DNA of 64,000 bases from an uncultured cyanobacterium (GTDB lineage: Bacteria; Cyanobacteriota; Cyanobacteriia; Cyanobacteriales; CAWUOF01). The stretch covers positions 1,152,001 to 1,216,000 of the forward strand of contig CAVUSO010000001.1 in the NCBI GenBank assembly GCA_963744145.1, given 5' to 3'. Shown here one piece after another: positions 22,311-33,343 of the stretch. Both the position numbers and the translations under genes were made by a program. The notes beneath the pieces are model-generated. The model was not told the origin of the DNA. It was given only the letters and a program-made list of their open reading frames with translations, and ran no database searches. Positions within the stretch are counted from its first letter, which is position 1; every line of letters begins with the position of its first letter.

Positions 22311-22673
22311 ATGAAGATTACTCGCAAAGAATCAGTACAAAGACGACATCGACGAGTACGACGTTGGGTGAGTGGGACTCCGGAACGTCCCCGGTTGGCT
22401 GTATTTCGCTCGAATAACCACATTTATGCTCAGGTGATTGACGATACTCAACACCATACTTTGGTGGCGGCTTCAACGGTAGAGCCGGAATTAAAGTCAG
22501 GATTAACTAATGGTGCTAATTGTGCTGCATCAATTGCGATCGGTAAATTAATTGCCCAGCGATCGCTTGATGCAGGAATTGAAAAAGTAGTTTTCGATCG
22601 GGGTGGAAATCTCTATCACGGTCGGATCAAAGCCCTAGCCGATGCCGCTCGTGAAGCGGGGTTAGACTTTTAG
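22311..22673 (+). CDS. rplR: 50S ribosomal protein L18
   Basis: [10 protein letters not shown]...FDRGG...AREAGL. Confidence 0.98.
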   Translation: MKITRKESVQRRHRRVRRWVSGTPERPRLAVFRSNNHIYAQVIDDTQHHTLVAASTVEPELKSGLTNGANCAASIAIGKLIAQRSLDAGIEKVVFDRGGNLYHGRIKALADAAREAGLDF

Positions 22674-22708
22674 TTGTGGCTTAATAGTTCAACAAGGAAT
22701 AATTCATC

Positions 22709-23260
22709 ATGGCCGAACAGCAGCAACAACAGCAACAACAGCGTCGTAGTAAAAAAAGTAATCGTAATCGGGAAAAAGAGATTACTTGGCAAGAGCGCGT
22801 CGTCCAAATCCGACGGGTCACCAAAGTAGTTAAAGGTGGTAAGAAACTCAGCTTTCGGGCTATCGTCATTGTCGGTAATGAACAAGGACAGGTCGGTGTT
22901 GGTGTGGGGAAAGCCAGCGACGTGATCGGTGCGGTGAAAAAAGGTGTAGCTGATGGGAAAAAACATCTGATTGAGGTTCCCCTAACTAAATCAAATTCTA
23001 TTCCTCATCCCGTTAATGGTGTTGGTGGTGGTGCGAAAGTGATTGTTCGTCCTGCTGCACCTGGAACTGGTGTAATTGCTGGTGGTGCCGTCCGGACGGT
23101 ACTGGAATTAGCCGGGGTGCGGAATGTGTTAGCCAAACAGCTAGGTTCTAGTAATCCCTTAAATAATGCTAGAGCTGCGGTTAATGCTTTAAATACTTTG
23201 CGGACTTTTGGCGAAGTTGCACAAGAGCGGGGTATTCCCGTCGAAAATCTCTACGCTTAA
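22709..23260 (+). CDS. rpsE: 30S ribosomal protein S5
   Basis: RVTKVVKGG...[13 protein letters not shown]-terminal Q8 run. Confidence 0.98.
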   Translation: MAEQQQQQQQQRRSKKSNRNREKEITWQERVVQIRRVTKVVKGGKKLSFRAIVIVGNEQGQVGVGVGKASDVIGAVKKGVADGKKHLIEVPLTKSNSIPHPVNGVGGGAKVIVRPAAPGTGVIAGGAVRTVLELAGVRNVLAKQLGSSNPLNNARAAVNALNTLRTFGEVAQERGIPVENLYA

Positions 23261-23271
23261 GGGCATAAATC

Positions 23272-23730
23272 ATGAGACTACAAGATGCTGTTCCCAAAAA
23301 GGGATCAAAAAAACGGCGACGTCGAGTTGCTAGAGGGATTTCCGCTGGTCAAGGTGCTAGCGCTGGGTTAGGGATGCGGGGTCAAAAGTCCAGATCGGGG
23401 AGCGGTACTCGTCCCGGATTTGAAGGGGGACAACAACCTTTATATAAGCGGATTCCGAAGTTAAAACACTTTACTGTCATAAATCGCAAACATTACACTA
23501 CGATCAATGTAGGTAAGCTGGCAGAACTTCCTGCTCATACAGAGGTAAACTTAGCGTCCCTAATAGCAGCAAAAATTATCACCAGTAATCGTGGTCCTCT
23601 GAAAATTTTGGGAGATGGCGAACTAAATGTCCCCCTCAAAGTTCAAGCCGCAGCTTTTACTCAGAGTGCGATCGCTAAAATTGAAGCTGCTGGTGGTAGT
23701 TATGAAATCGCCTCTCGTCAGGCAAGTTAG
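23272..23730 (+). CDS. rplO: 50S ribosomal protein L15
   Basis: GQKSRSG...GFEGGQQP. Confidence 0.98.
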   Translation: MRLQDAVPKKGSKKRRRRVARGISAGQGASAGLGMRGQKSRSGSGTRPGFEGGQQPLYKRIPKLKHFTVINRKHYTTINVGKLAELPAHTEVNLASLIAAKIITSNRGPLKILGDGELNVPLKVQAAAFTQSAIAKIEAAGGSYEIASRQAS

Positions 23731-23844
23731 CATTCAAAAAAAAGATCACTTCACCCCTTTGATCATGCCGATGGTGGCGATCATCGGTAGCTTGCATTGC
23801 CATGACCAGCTCTTGCCATAGGATCACTACCCAGGTATACCTTT

Positions 23845-25191
23845 ATGGTTGTTAGTCGAGACAAAACACCAAGCGCCCAGGAAACATTTATGCAAATGGC
23901 TCAAGCGGCTGGTCTGCGAGGACGAGTGCTTGTGACCCTGGGCTTGTTAATTTTGGTACGATTAGGTGTTCACTTACCCGTACCCGGAATCGATCGGGTG
24001 AGATTTTCCCAAGATATCCAAAATAATACCCTTTCTAATCTAATTAGCTTCGTTGATATTTTCTCTGGTGGTGGCTTACGAGCCCTAGGGATTTTTGCCT
24101 TGGGAATTTTACCATATATCAATGCTTCCATTATTGTGCAACTTTTAACAGCAGCAATTCCGGCTCTAGAAGATTTGCAAAAAAATGAAGGGGAAGCAGG
24201 AAGAAGGAAAATTTCTCAGATTACCCGTTATGTCGCTTTGGGATGGTCGATCATTCAAAGTGTAGGTTTAGCATGGTTTTTGAATAATCCTCCTGGAGAT
24301 AAAGTTAGCTATGCTTTGGAACCAGGATGGATATTTGTCGCCCAAACAGCGACCGCTTTAGCAGCTGGTTCGATGTTTGTGATGTGGATTTCCGAGTTAA
24401 TCACGGAACGGGGGATTGGTAATGGGGCTTCGTTATTGATCTTTTTGAATATTGTGGCAGTTCTGCCCAATTCTTTAAATCAAACCATCCAATTGGTAGA
24501 AGCTTCTCAAAGTCAAGAACAGTCAATTGTAGCGAGATTGGTGATCTTGTTGCTAATTTTCGTGATCACAATTATTGGGATTGTTTTTGTTCAGGAAGGA
24601 ACTAGACGAATTCCGATTATTTCCGCTCGTCGTCAGGTAGGACGCAAACTGTATTTAGAAAAAAGTAGCTATCTCCCCTTAAGACTGAATCAAGGTGGAG
24701 TGATGCCCATTATTTTTGCTTCTGCTGTTTTAATTTTGCCCGCGACGATCGCCCGATTCACTAATAACCCAGTTTTGATTAAAATCGCTGATTCTCTCAG
24801 CCCAGGTGCTGCTAATCCAGTTCCTTACGTGATTTTTTACCTAGTTTTGATTCTGTTCTTCAGTTACTTCTATGCTTCATTGATTATTAATCCCATCGAT
24901 TTAGCTCAGAATTTGAAGAAAATGGGATCAAGTATTCCCGGAATTCGTCCAGGGAAAGCTACCAGTGAATATGTAGAGCGAGTGCTAAATCGACTCACCT
25001 TTTTAGGTGCGTTGTTTCTTGGTTTAGTAGCGATTGTCCCATCGGCAGTAGAAAGCACGATTGGTGTAGCCACTTTAAGAGGTTTTGGTGCAACTTCGTT
25101 GTTAATTCTGGTGGGGGTGGCGATCGATACGGCTAAACAAATTCAAACTTATGTCATTTCCCAGCGTTATGAAGGAATGGTGAAGCAGTAG
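23845..25191 (+). CDS. secY: Preprotein translocase subunit SecY
   Basis: [12 protein letters not shown]...GVMPIIFAS...IPGIRPG. Confidence 0.99.
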   Translation: MVVSRDKTPSAQETFMQMAQAAGLRGRVLVTLGLLILVRLGVHLPVPGIDRVRFSQDIQNNTLSNLISFVDIFSGGGLRALGIFALGILPYINASIIVQLLTAAIPALEDLQKNEGEAGRRKISQITRYVALGWSIIQSVGLAWFLNNPPGDKVSYALEPGWIFVAQTATALAAGSMFVMWISELITERGIGNGASLLIFLNIVAVLPNSLNQTIQLVEASQSQEQSIVARLVILLLIFVITIIGIVFVQEGTRRIPIISARRQVGRKLYLEKSSYLPLRLNQGGVMPIIFASAVLILPATIARFTNNPVLIKIADSLSPGAANPVPYVIFYLVLILFFSYFYASLIINPIDLAQNLKKMGSSIPGIRPGKATSEYVERVLNRLTFLGALFLGLVAIVPSAVESTIGVATLRGFGATSLLILVGVAIDTAKQIQTYVISQRYEGMVKQ

Positions 25192-25745
25192 TGACGCGAT
25201 TAATTTTTTTAGGTCCTCCCGGTTCTGGGAAAGGGACTCAGGCTCAGGTTTTAGGTAACTCTTATCAAATTCCCCATATTTCTACTGGTGATATGCTCCG
25301 TCAAGCAGTTTCTCAACAAACTGATTTAGGTAACAAAGCCAAGTCTTATATGGATAATGGGGAATTAGTTCCAGATCAGCTGATTTTAGATATGGTGAAA
25401 GAACGTCTGAGTCAAGATGATACTAAGAAGGGTTGGATTCTAGATGGATTTCCGCGCAATGTTTCTCAAGCTATAGCTTTAGATCAACAGTTAGAGGAAA
25501 TTTCCCAAACTTGCGATCGGGTAATTAATCTTGATGTCAAGGATGACATGATCGTCGATCGATTGCTCAATCGAGGTAGAGCTGATGACAATGAGGAAGT
25601 GATTCGTCGTCGCTTACAAGTTTATCGCGACCAAACAGAACCTCTGATTGATTTTTACCAGAAAAGACAAATTTTGTTGTTTGTTAATGGTGAGCAATCA
25701 ATGACAGAAGTAACAGCCGCGATCCAAAATGCTCTCAACAAATAA
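25191..25745 (+). CDS. adk: Adenylate kinase
   Basis: [21 protein letters not shown]. Confidence 0.98.
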   Translation: MTRLIFLGPPGSGKGTQAQVLGNSYQIPHISTGDMLRQAVSQQTDLGNKAKSYMDNGELVPDQLILDMVKERLSQDDTKKGWILDGFPRNVSQAIALDQQLEEISQTCDRVINLDVKDDMIVDRLLNRGRADDNEEVIRRRLQVYRDQTEPLIDFYQKRQILLFVNGEQSMTEVTAAIQNALNK

Positions 25746-25837
25746 TCCTGGGTCTAGATCTGGCTGGGGTTGCATCAGCACCAAGTCCACTTAACTATGC
25801 AACCGATCAATCTTGTTCTAATTGAGGTAAAAACAAA

Positions 25838-26062
25838 TTGGCTAAACAAGACTTAATTGAAATGGAAGGAACGGTAACAGAGTCCTTACCTAATGCCATG
25901 TTTCGGGTTGACTTAGACAATGGCTTTAATGTCTTGGCTCATATTTCCGGCAAAATTCGTCGGAATTACATTAAAATCTTGCCGGGCGATCGAGTTAAAG
26001 TGGAACTGACTCCCTATGACTTGACCAAAGGTCGGATTACCTATCGTCTCCGGAAAAAGTAG
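25838..26062 (+). CDS. infA: Translation initiation factor IF-1
   Basis: LPNAMFRV...AHISGK...PYDLTKGRI. Confidence 0.98.
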   Translation: MAKQDLIEMEGTVTESLPNAMFRVDLDNGFNVLAHISGKIRRNYIKILPGDRVKVELTPYDLTKGRITYRLRKK

Positions 26063-26113
26063 CCATTTAAACAAGTTTTTTAAGAAACTCTCTAAATAAG
26101 TCACCCGGAAGCA

Positions 26114-26143
26114 TTGCGCTATTAAAGCCAATAATGATATAAT
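26114..26143 (+). promoter_or_regulatory. Putative internal promoter for the rpmJ-alpha operon
   Basis: TTGCGC, 18-nt spacer, TATAAT with extended -10 TGn. Confidence 0.55.
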
Positions 26144-26173
26144 TTTGTATTTGCAGTGCTTAAAAATAAAAGC

Positions 26174-26287
26174 ATGAAAGTTAGAGCTTCTGTTCGTAAA
26201 ATTTGTGAGAAATGCCGCATCATTCGTCGTCGCGGCAGAGTCATGGTGATTTGTTCTAATCCGAAACACAAACAACGTCAAGGTTAG
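26174..26287 (+). CDS. rpmJ: 50S ribosomal protein L36 (below the ORF-track cutoff)
   Basis: Manual translation [37 protein letters not shown]. Confidence 0.97.
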   Translation: MKVRASVRKICEKCRIIRRRGRVMVICSNPKHKQRQG

Positions 26288-26363
26288 TTAGAGAGCTGTT
26301 TTCAGCGAACCTGAATTAGATTGCAATTAGTAGAACCAAGCACAAGACAAGGGAGAAACCAGC

Positions 26364-26747
26364 GTGGCACGCATTGCCGGAGTAGACCTTCCACGCGATA
26401 AGCGTGTAGAAATTGGTCTGACCTACATTTATGGAATTGGGCTATCAAGGTCCCAAGAGATTCTGGCTTCCACCGGCGTCAATCCGGATACCAGAGTTAA
26501 GGATTTAACTGACGCCGATATTACCGCTCTGCGGGAATCCGTCGAAGAGAACTATCAAGTTGAAGGGGATCTGAGACGGTGGGAGTCAATGAACATCAAA
26601 CGTCTGATGGACATTGGCACCTATCGCGGACGTTGTCATCGTTTAGGTTTGCCAGTTCGTGGTCAGCGGACCCGCACTAATGCCCGGACTCGTCGCGGGG
26701 TTCGGCGCACTGTGGCTGGTAAGAAAAAAGCAGCAGCTAAGAAATAA
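26364..26747 (+). CDS. rpsM: 30S ribosomal protein S13
   Basis: ARIAGVDLP...[13 protein letters not shown]. Confidence 0.98.
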   Translation: MARIAGVDLPRDKRVEIGLTYIYGIGLSRSQEILASTGVNPDTRVKDLTDADITALRESVEENYQVEGDLRRWESMNIKRLMDIGTYRGRCHRLGLPVRGQRTRTNARTRRGVRRTVAGKKKAAAKK

Positions 26748-26818
26748 ATTCTGGCGCTGGGGCATGATTAGCGTTCTGCGATCGCCAACCAAGTTCAACA
26801 CCAAGTCAAGCAACATCT

Positions 26819-27214
26819 ATGGCCCGACAACCTACGAAAAAAACTGGGGTACGTAAATCAAAACGAAACGTACCGATTGGAGTCGCTTATATCCAATCTA
26901 CCTTCAATAACACCATTGTGACCCTAACGGATCAAAACGGGGAAGTAATTTCCTGGGCATCAGCCGGTTCAAGTGGGTTCAAGGGTGCCAAAAAAGGTAC
27001 ACCATTTGCCGCACAGACTGCTGCCGAAAGTGCTGCACGTCGAGCAACCGATCAAGGAATGCGGCAAATCGAAGTCATGGTCAGCGGTCCGGGATCAGGT
27101 AGAGAAACAGCCATTCGCGCCCTCCAAGGTGCTGGGCTGGAAATTACTCTGATTCGGGACGTTACCCCGATTCCTCATAACGGCTGTCGTCCACCAAAAC
27201 AACGTCGAGTTTAG
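26819..27214 (+). CDS. rpsK: 30S ribosomal protein S11
   Basis: STFNNTI...[14 protein letters not shown]. Confidence 0.98.
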   Translation: MARQPTKKTGVRKSKRNVPIGVAYIQSTFNNTIVTLTDQNGEVISWASAGSSGFKGAKKGTPFAAQTAAESAARRATDQGMRQIEVMVSGPGSGRETAIRALQGAGLEITLIRDVTPIPHNGCRPPKQRRV

Positions 27215-27397
27215 ACACTCAAAAGTTCTGGTGGATCGTCAAGTCAGAGGATGGCGATGTTGATCGCGGCTTTGATCTTGAAGATCACACCAAAATTATC
27301 ATGATCATAATCAAGCTACCAAAAGTGTGCGACGACATCTGGATATGTATTCAGAATTAGCTTACCTACTAGGGTTCAAGACAAAGGAGGTCACTCC

Positions 27398-28345
27398 GTG
27401 GCGCAGTTTCAGATAGAGTGTGTAGAGTCCAAAACTGAAAGAGACCAAGGGCAATACGGCAAATTTAATTTGGAGCCGCTAGATCGTGGTCAGGGAACCA
27501 CCGTTGGCAATGCGCTCAGACGGGTCATGCTGTCTAACCTAGAAGGAACATCCGTGACTGCCGTCCGGATTGCAGGAGTCAATCACGAGTTTGCCACAAT
27601 TCCAGGGATGCGGGAGGACGTATTAGAAATCCTGCTGAATATGAAGGAAATAGTTCTGAAAAGCTATGCAGCTCAACCCCAAATTGGGCGTTTAGTGGCG
27701 GATGGTCCAGGAACTGTTACCGCAGCACAGTTTGATTTACCTTCGGAAATAGAAGTGGTTAATCCTAACCAATATGTCGCAACCTTGTCTACAGGGGCGC
27801 GGTTAGAAATGGAATTTAGGATTGAAAAGGGTAAAGGATATCGTGCAGTCGATCGCGGTCGTGAAGATGGCACAGCCATCGATTTCCTGCAAATAGATGC
27901 TGTATTTATGCCCGTGCGTAAAGTCAACTATAGCATCGAAGATGCGCGGATTGGCGGCTCTTTGGAAAAAGATCGGCTAGTGATGGAAATTTGGACTAAT
28001 GGTAGTCTGACTCCCCAAGAAGCTCTCAGTGAATCAGCTAATATCCTGGTGGATCTGTTTACTCCCCTGAAAGATGTTACGACAGAATTGACGAGCAGTG
28101 ATTTTCACAATGAGGAAGATCCGACTAGCCAAATTCCGATCGAAGAATTGCAACTATCAGTTCGAGCTTATAACTGTCTCAAACGAGCCCAAATTAACTC
28201 CGTCGCGGACTTGCTTGATTACACCCAAGAAGATTTGCTCGAAATTAAAAACTTTGGGCAAAAATCCGCAGAAGAAGTGATTGAAGCATTGCAAAAACGT
28301 TTAGGCATTACCTTACCCCAAGAAAAATCAGCTAAAACTACTTAG
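27398..28345 (+). CDS. rpoA: RNA polymerase alpha subunit
   Basis: GTTVGNALRR...LSVRAYNCLKR...KNFGQKS. Confidence 0.99.
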   Translation: MAQFQIECVESKTERDQGQYGKFNLEPLDRGQGTTVGNALRRVMLSNLEGTSVTAVRIAGVNHEFATIPGMREDVLEILLNMKEIVLKSYAAQPQIGRLVADGPGTVTAAQFDLPSEIEVVNPNQYVATLSTGARLEMEFRIEKGKGYRAVDRGREDGTAIDFLQIDAVFMPVRKVNYSIEDARIGGSLEKDRLVMEIWTNGSLTPQEALSESANILVDLFTPLKDVTTELTSSDFHNEEDPTSQIPIEELQLSVRAYNCLKRAQINSVADLLDYTQEDLLEIKNFGQKSAEEVIEALQKRLGITLPQEKSAKTT

Positions 28346-28408
28346 GTGAATTAAATAGTTGCTTTTCATTAAACAAAATCCCTCTAGCCATTAAAATTTC
28401 CCAATCCT

Positions 28409-28762
28409 ATGCGTCACAGTTGTCGCGTTCCTCAACTCAGTAAACCCGCAGATCAGCGGAAAGCTCTCCTGAGAGCTTTAACCACAGAACTAATTCGTCA
28501 TGGTCAAATTAAAACGACCAAAGCTAGAGCTAAAGCGGTTAGTTGTGAAGCTGACCGAATTATTACCCTGGCTAAAGATGGTTCTTTAGCGGCTCGTCGT
28601 CGAGCTTTGGGTTATATCTATGACAAAAATTTAGTTCATGCTCTATTTGAAGGGGCAAAAGAACGATATGGCGATCGCAATGGTGGGTATACTCGCATTT
28701 TGCGGACTTTACCCCGTCAGGGAGATAATGCCGAAATGGCAATTATCGAACTGGTCGATTAA
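28409..28762 (+). CDS. rplQ: 50S ribosomal protein L17
   Basis: MRH...IKTTKARAK...RNGGYTRI. Confidence 0.97.
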   Translation: MRHSCRVPQLSKPADQRKALLRALTTELIRHGQIKTTKARAKAVSCEADRIITLAKDGSLAARRRALGYIYDKNLVHALFEGAKERYGDRNGGYTRILRTLPRQGDNAEMAIIELVD

Positions 28763-28810
28763 ACCATTGATTAGTCCTGAAAACGATGAAAGTAGTTTTC
28801 AGTACAGCTC

Positions 28811-29653
28811 ATGGACAATGAACCAGGTCATCAACAGCGACAACGGATTGCTCTTGCGATCCAATATCTGGGCACCAACTTTCATGGGTGGCAACGGCAA
28901 CCAAATGGACGGACAGTACAGGAGGAAATTGAAAAAGTCCTGCAAACTTTACAACAACGACCTGTAACGATCTATGGTGCTGGGAGAACTGATGCTGGTG
29001 TCCATGCAGCCGCTCAAGTTGCTCACTTTGAAATGATCGGGTCAATTCCGGGGCATCGTTGGGCGGCGATCTTAAATAATCGTCTGCCCCAGGATATTTT
29101 GATCCGCGCATCAGCACCAGTAGCTCCCACTTGGCACGCCCAATTTTCAGCCAGTTGGCGACGCTATCGCTATACCCTTTATACTGACTCCCGACCGAAT
29201 TTGTTTGTGCAACCCTATACCTGGCATTATTATCACGCACCTCTAGATGAATCGCTGATCCAAACAGCAATGATGCCCCTGATTGGTAATAATCATCTAG
29301 CTGCTTTTCGTCGTGCTGGGTCAAAGCGTCGTCATTCTTGGGTGGATGTCCAAGCTGCCGAATGCCATCGCTCTGGACATTTTATCCATATAGAAGTACA
29401 AGCTAATGGTTTTTTATATGGGATGATGCGATTGCTCGTCGGGTTATTAGTTCAGGTCGGTAGAGGGACGCGATCGGTCGCGAACTTCCAGGATATTTGG
29501 ACTAATCAACGACGAGAATTAGTGAAATATGCTGCACCAGCTCATGGATTATGTCTGTTACAAGTAGGCTATCCTGAGTCTCCGTTTCCAACCGAAGTTT
29601 GGTTTGATAGTATGCCAAAATTCCTGTTGCCCAACTCAAACTCACTTACATAA
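28811..29653 (+). CDS. truA: tRNA pseudouridine(38-40) synthase
   Basis: GWQRQ...GRTDAGVHA. Confidence 0.97.
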   Translation: MDNEPGHQQRQRIALAIQYLGTNFHGWQRQPNGRTVQEEIEKVLQTLQQRPVTIYGAGRTDAGVHAAAQVAHFEMIGSIPGHRWAAILNNRLPQDILIRASAPVAPTWHAQFSASWRRYRYTLYTDSRPNLFVQPYTWHYYHAPLDESLIQTAMMPLIGNNHLAAFRRAGSKRRHSWVDVQAAECHRSGHFIHIEVQANGFLYGMMRLLVGLLVQVGRGTRSVANFQDIWTNQRRELVKYAAPAHGLCLLQVGYPESPFPTEVWFDSMPKFLLPNSNSLT

Positions 29654-29686
29654 GTAAAATCAGCTTGACGGATAATAAAAACTCCT

Positions 29687-30148
29687 ATGACTGTTAACAA
29701 AACCTATCTGCCCACCGAGGAATCCCTCGAATATAAATGGTATCTGGTAGACGCTGCGGGTCAGCGTTTAGGAAGATTAGCGAGTGAAATCGCGATGATT
29801 TTGCGGGGTAAGAATAAACCGATCTATACCCCTCACATGGATACCGGCGATTTTGTGATTGTGATTAATGCCGAAAAAGTAGAGGTCACTGGTAAAAAAC
29901 GCACCCAAAAACTTTATCGTCGTCATTCCGGTAGACCAGGGGGGATGAAGACCGAAACTTTTGCCAAACTCCAAGCTCGCATTCCCGAACGAATTGTGGA
30001 ACACGCAGTGCGCGGAATGTTACCCAAGAATTCTTTGGGTCGTAAGTTGTTTACTAAATTAAAGGTTTATACGGGCCCAAATCATCCCCATGAAGCCCAG
30101 AAACCCACAACCTTGACAATTAAAACCATTCCAGGAGGAGAAGATTAA
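29687..30148 (+). CDS. rplM: 50S ribosomal protein L13
   Basis: LGRLAS...YTPHMDTGD...HPHEAQ. Confidence 0.98.
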   Translation: MTVNKTYLPTEESLEYKWYLVDAAGQRLGRLASEIAMILRGKNKPIYTPHMDTGDFVIVINAEKVEVTGKKRTQKLYRRHSGRPGGMKTETFAKLQARIPERIVEHAVRGMLPKNSLGRKLFTKLKVYTGPNHPHEAQKPTTLTIKTIPGGED

Positions 30149-30561
30149 TGCAAGTAGCAGAAAAATCCGGTTTAGCAATGTATTGGGGTACAGGACGACG
30201 CAAATCAGCGATCGCGAGAGTCCGTTTAGTACCAGGTACGGGTCTGCTGTTAATTAATGGTAAAGCTGGAGATTTATATCTCCAATTTAATCCAGCTTAT
30301 TTATCAGCCGCCAAAGGACCTCTAGAAACTTTGGGTCTAGAAAATGAATATGATATTTTAGTCAAAGTTGAAGGTGGGGGATTAACTGGTCAAGCAGAAT
30401 CCATTCGGTTAGGGGTAGCCCGAGCTTTATGTCAGCTTGATCCAGATAACCGGAAACCATTGAAAACAGAAGGTTATTTGACTCGTGATCCCCGAGCTAA
30501 AGAACGGAAAAAATATGGTTTGCGTAAAGCTCGGAAAGCACCTCAATACTCGAAACGTTAA
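30148..30561 (+). CDS. rpsI: 30S ribosomal protein S9
   Basis: GTGRRK...[19 protein letters not shown]. Confidence 0.98.
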   Translation: MQVAEKSGLAMYWGTGRRKSAIARVRLVPGTGLLLINGKAGDLYLQFNPAYLSAAKGPLETLGLENEYDILVKVEGGGLTGQAESIRLGVARALCQLDPDNRKPLKTEGYLTRDPRAKERKKYGLRKARKAPQYSKR

Positions 30562-30664
30562 TGGTAGCGGCTCGGTTTGGGTCAATTGGGGGAGCAGTTT
30601 CCCCCTGGTGCAAACCAGTTAGAATAGTACAATAGTGATCAATAGTTCTAGGAAAGAAGAAGCA

Positions 30665-30925
30665 ATGCCAAAGCCAAATATTCACCCCAAATGGTATCCA
30701 GAAGCCAAAGTTTTCTGTAATGGGGAAGTCATTATGACGGTTGGTTCGACTAAAGAAAAAATTGATGTGGATGTCTGGTCAGGCAACCACCCATTTTATA
30801 CTGGTACTCAAAAGATTATTGATACTGAAGGACGGGTAGAGCGATTCCTGCGTAAATACGGCATGATGGATGAAGATGATTCTACTCCTAAAGAACCAGC
30901 TAAAAATCTCAAAAAGAAACGGTAG
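30665..30925 (+). CDS. rpmE: 50S ribosomal protein L31
   Basis: MPKPNIHPKW...HPFYTG...GRVERF. Confidence 0.97.
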   Translation: MPKPNIHPKWYPEAKVFCNGEVIMTVGSTKEKIDVDVWSGNHPFYTGTQKIIDTEGRVERFLRKYGMMDEDDSTPKEPAKNLKKKR

Positions 30926-31049
30926 CAAACTCAAAGATGAGCTAGGGTTCACTGATGGGCTATGGGTTTAGTACAAATCCAGATCTCGTAATTTGGGAAA
31001 ACTAATCAATCTATTGAGTTAACTTTACTGTTTAAGAAGGAGCGATCGG

Positions 31050-32159
31050 ATGGCTGAGACTTATCTGCTGGATAAATTAAAATCCGTTGAACAAACTTTC
31101 AACGAGCTAACCAGACGACTAGCTGACCCAGATATCGCCACTGATCCATCTGAGTTTCAAAAGGTAGCTAAGGCTCGTTCTTCTTTGGAAGAAGTGGCTG
31201 ATACTTTTGAAATTTGGAAAAATACTAATGAGGATTTGGTAGGTGCTAGAGAAGTGCTCAAGGAAGCATCTACTGATCCGGAATTACAAGAGATTGCTGC
31301 TTTGGAGGTAGAGGAATTAGAAGCGAAGTTGGTAGAGTTGGAAACTCAGCTCAAAATCTTGCTGCTTCCTCGTGATCCGAATGATGATAAGAATATCATG
31401 TTGGAAATTCGGGCTGGAACTGGAGGGGATGAAGCTAGTATTTGGGCTGGGGATTTAGTCCGGATGTACTCCCGCTATGCGGAAAGCCAACATTGGAAAG
31501 TGAAGCTAGTGAGTGAGTCCCTAGCTGATATGGGTGGGTTTAAGGAAGCGATTCTTGAAATTCAAGGCGATCGCGTTTATAGTAAGTTGAAGTTTGAAGC
31601 TGGAGTCCATCGTGTCCAAAGGGTGCCTGTTACTGAAGCTGGGGGACGAGTTCATACTTCAACTGCAACTGTAGCGATTATGCCTGAAGTGGATGATGTG
31701 GAAATCCATATTGACCCGAAAGATATTGAAATGTCCACAGCTCGTTCGGGGGGTGCTGGTGGTCAGAACGTCAATAAGGTAGAAACAGCGGCTGACCTCT
31801 ATCATAAACCGACGGGTATTCGCATTTTCTGTACAGAAGAGCGTTCTCAGTTACAAAATAAAGAGCGGGCAATGCAGATTTTGCGGGCTAAACTCTATGA
31901 AATGAAACTGCGGGAACAGCAAGATGCAGTCACTTCCATGCGTCGGACTCAGGTGGGGACAGGTTCGCGATCGGAAAAAATCCGGACATACAATTATAAG
32001 GATAATCGGATTACGGATCATCGGTTAGGCCATAATTTCAGTCTGGCTCCGGCTTTAGAAGGTGATATCGATGTGATGATTCAATCTTGTATATCTCAAG
32101 ATCAACAAGAACGTTTAGCCGAATTAGCACAAGCTATATCTAATCCGACTGGGGTTTAA
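31050..32159 (+). CDS. prfA: Peptide chain release factor 1
   Basis: PVT anticodon loop and [10 protein letters not shown]. Confidence 0.98.
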   Translation: MAETYLLDKLKSVEQTFNELTRRLADPDIATDPSEFQKVAKARSSLEEVADTFEIWKNTNEDLVGAREVLKEASTDPELQEIAALEVEELEAKLVELETQLKILLLPRDPNDDKNIMLEIRAGTGGDEASIWAGDLVRMYSRYAESQHWKVKLVSESLADMGGFKEAILEIQGDRVYSKLKFEAGVHRVQRVPVTEAGGRVHTSTATVAIMPEVDDVEIHIDPKDIEMSTARSGGAGGQNVNKVETAADLYHKPTGIRIFCTEERSQLQNKERAMQILRAKLYEMKLREQQDAVTSMRRTQVGTGSRSEKIRTYNYKDNRITDHRLGHNFSLAPALEGDIDVMIQSCISQDQQERLAELAQAISNPTGV

Positions 32160-32196
32160 TCTAAAAATTTGCTTGATTGATATATAACTTCACCAG

Positions 32197-32234
32197 GAGG
32201 TCGCAGTTAATTGTTAATCTCGACCTCTTTTTTT
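32197..32234 (+). terminator. Rho-independent terminator after prfA
   Basis: GAGGTCG...CGACCTC stem followed by T7. Confidence 0.75.
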
Positions 32235-32392
32235 ACTAATTTAACATAATTTATCTAAATCAGTCTGTGCCATACTGACAAGCGGGGATGTGAGTAATTT
32301 TATTCTGATTAGCTTAAAATATACAAGGCTATATTCTTGATTGCCTATCAAGCGCGTGATAATTAAGTAGGAGTGCTGGAGTCAGTTGTCAA

Positions 32393-32794
32393 ATGCCAAT
32401 CAAACTAAAATTAATGCTAGTTGATGACGAACCTGATAATCTCGATTTGCTATACAGGACATTTCGACGAGAATTTCAGGTATTTAAAGCTGATAGTCCT
32501 CTGAACGCTTTACGAATTTTGGAGCAAGAAGGGGAGATGGCAGTAATTATCTCTGATCAGAGTATGCCAGAAATGACTGGGATCGGACTATTTAGGAAAA
32601 TTATCGATAACTTTCCGGATACGATTCGGATCTTGCTGACTGGTTATAGTGAAGAGGCTCTTGATGGCCCAGAAGAAACCATTAATGATGCTGATGTTTT
32701 TAAATGTATTACTAAGCCTTTTGATACCAAGCAACTTAAGGATATAGTTTTACAAGGGGCAGAAATGTATCAAGCCAAGAAAGCTAAGAAATAA
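32393..32794 (+). CDS. Single-domain response regulator (receiver)
   Basis: LVDDE, ISDQSMP, LLTGY, TKPF. Confidence 0.92.
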   Translation: MPIKLKLMLVDDEPDNLDLLYRTFRREFQVFKADSPLNALRILEQEGEMAVIISDQSMPEMTGIGLFRKIIDNFPDTIRILLTGYSEEALDGPEETINDADVFKCITKPFDTKQLKDIVLQGAEMYQAKKAKK

Positions 32795-32882
32795 TTAAAT
32801 ATTTTTTAACTTTATAGCACAGAAAGCTTAAATGATTCAGCAGTCAACTAATATTTTGCCAATTTTTTCCTAAGATTAAAGG

Positions 32883-33251
32883 ATGTTATCTTGGGTCTGG
32901 GGGTATAGGATGGAACCTGTCCACAAGCAAATCAGTGTCCTCAGTCAAAAAGTTGATGTTCTGCATCAGATGATTGAGCAGTTAAATAGTAAAGTATCTG
33001 AAGCATTATCTAAATCCCATCTAGAACCAGAGGTGGGGGGCAATTTTAGTAACTACTCTGAGCTAAAAGCTAATCATCTTGATGTGCTAGGAGAAAATCC
33101 AAATGTGTTAATCGAACAAGAGCTGATTAGTTCCGATCGCTATCATCTCAGCTCAGAAATCCAAATCCAACGACTAACAGCACAATTGACAGCAGCTTAT
33201 AATCGGATTGCGGCTCTAGAAGAACAGTTATTAGCCCAGCGAATTCATTAA
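32883..33251 (+). CDS. Conserved cyanobacterial coiled-coil hypothetical protein
   Basis: C-terminal QIQRLTAQLTAAYNRIAALEEQLL; start may be 32910. Confidence 0.6.
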   Translation: MLSWVWGYRMEPVHKQISVLSQKVDVLHQMIEQLNSKVSEALSKSHLEPEVGGNFSNYSELKANHLDVLGENPNVLIEQELISSDRYHLSSEIQIQRLTAQLTAAYNRIAALEEQLLAQRIH

Positions 33252-33343
33252 TTTTATCTTGATCCTATTTTATGCGCCGAAATGCGCCCATCCCCTACGG
33301 TTAACTGAACTGTATTAATTTATATTCCACTCGGCTACTCAAG

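Noticed and set aside
28638..29324. ORFs overlapping rplQ and truA, and similar shadow ORFs across the ribosomal operon
   Set aside because: They overlap well-conserved genes and show no recognisable motifs
14636..32159. Absence of rpsJ, rpsN, rpmD and rpsD from the ribosomal cluster
   Set aside because: Normal cyanobacterial arrangement
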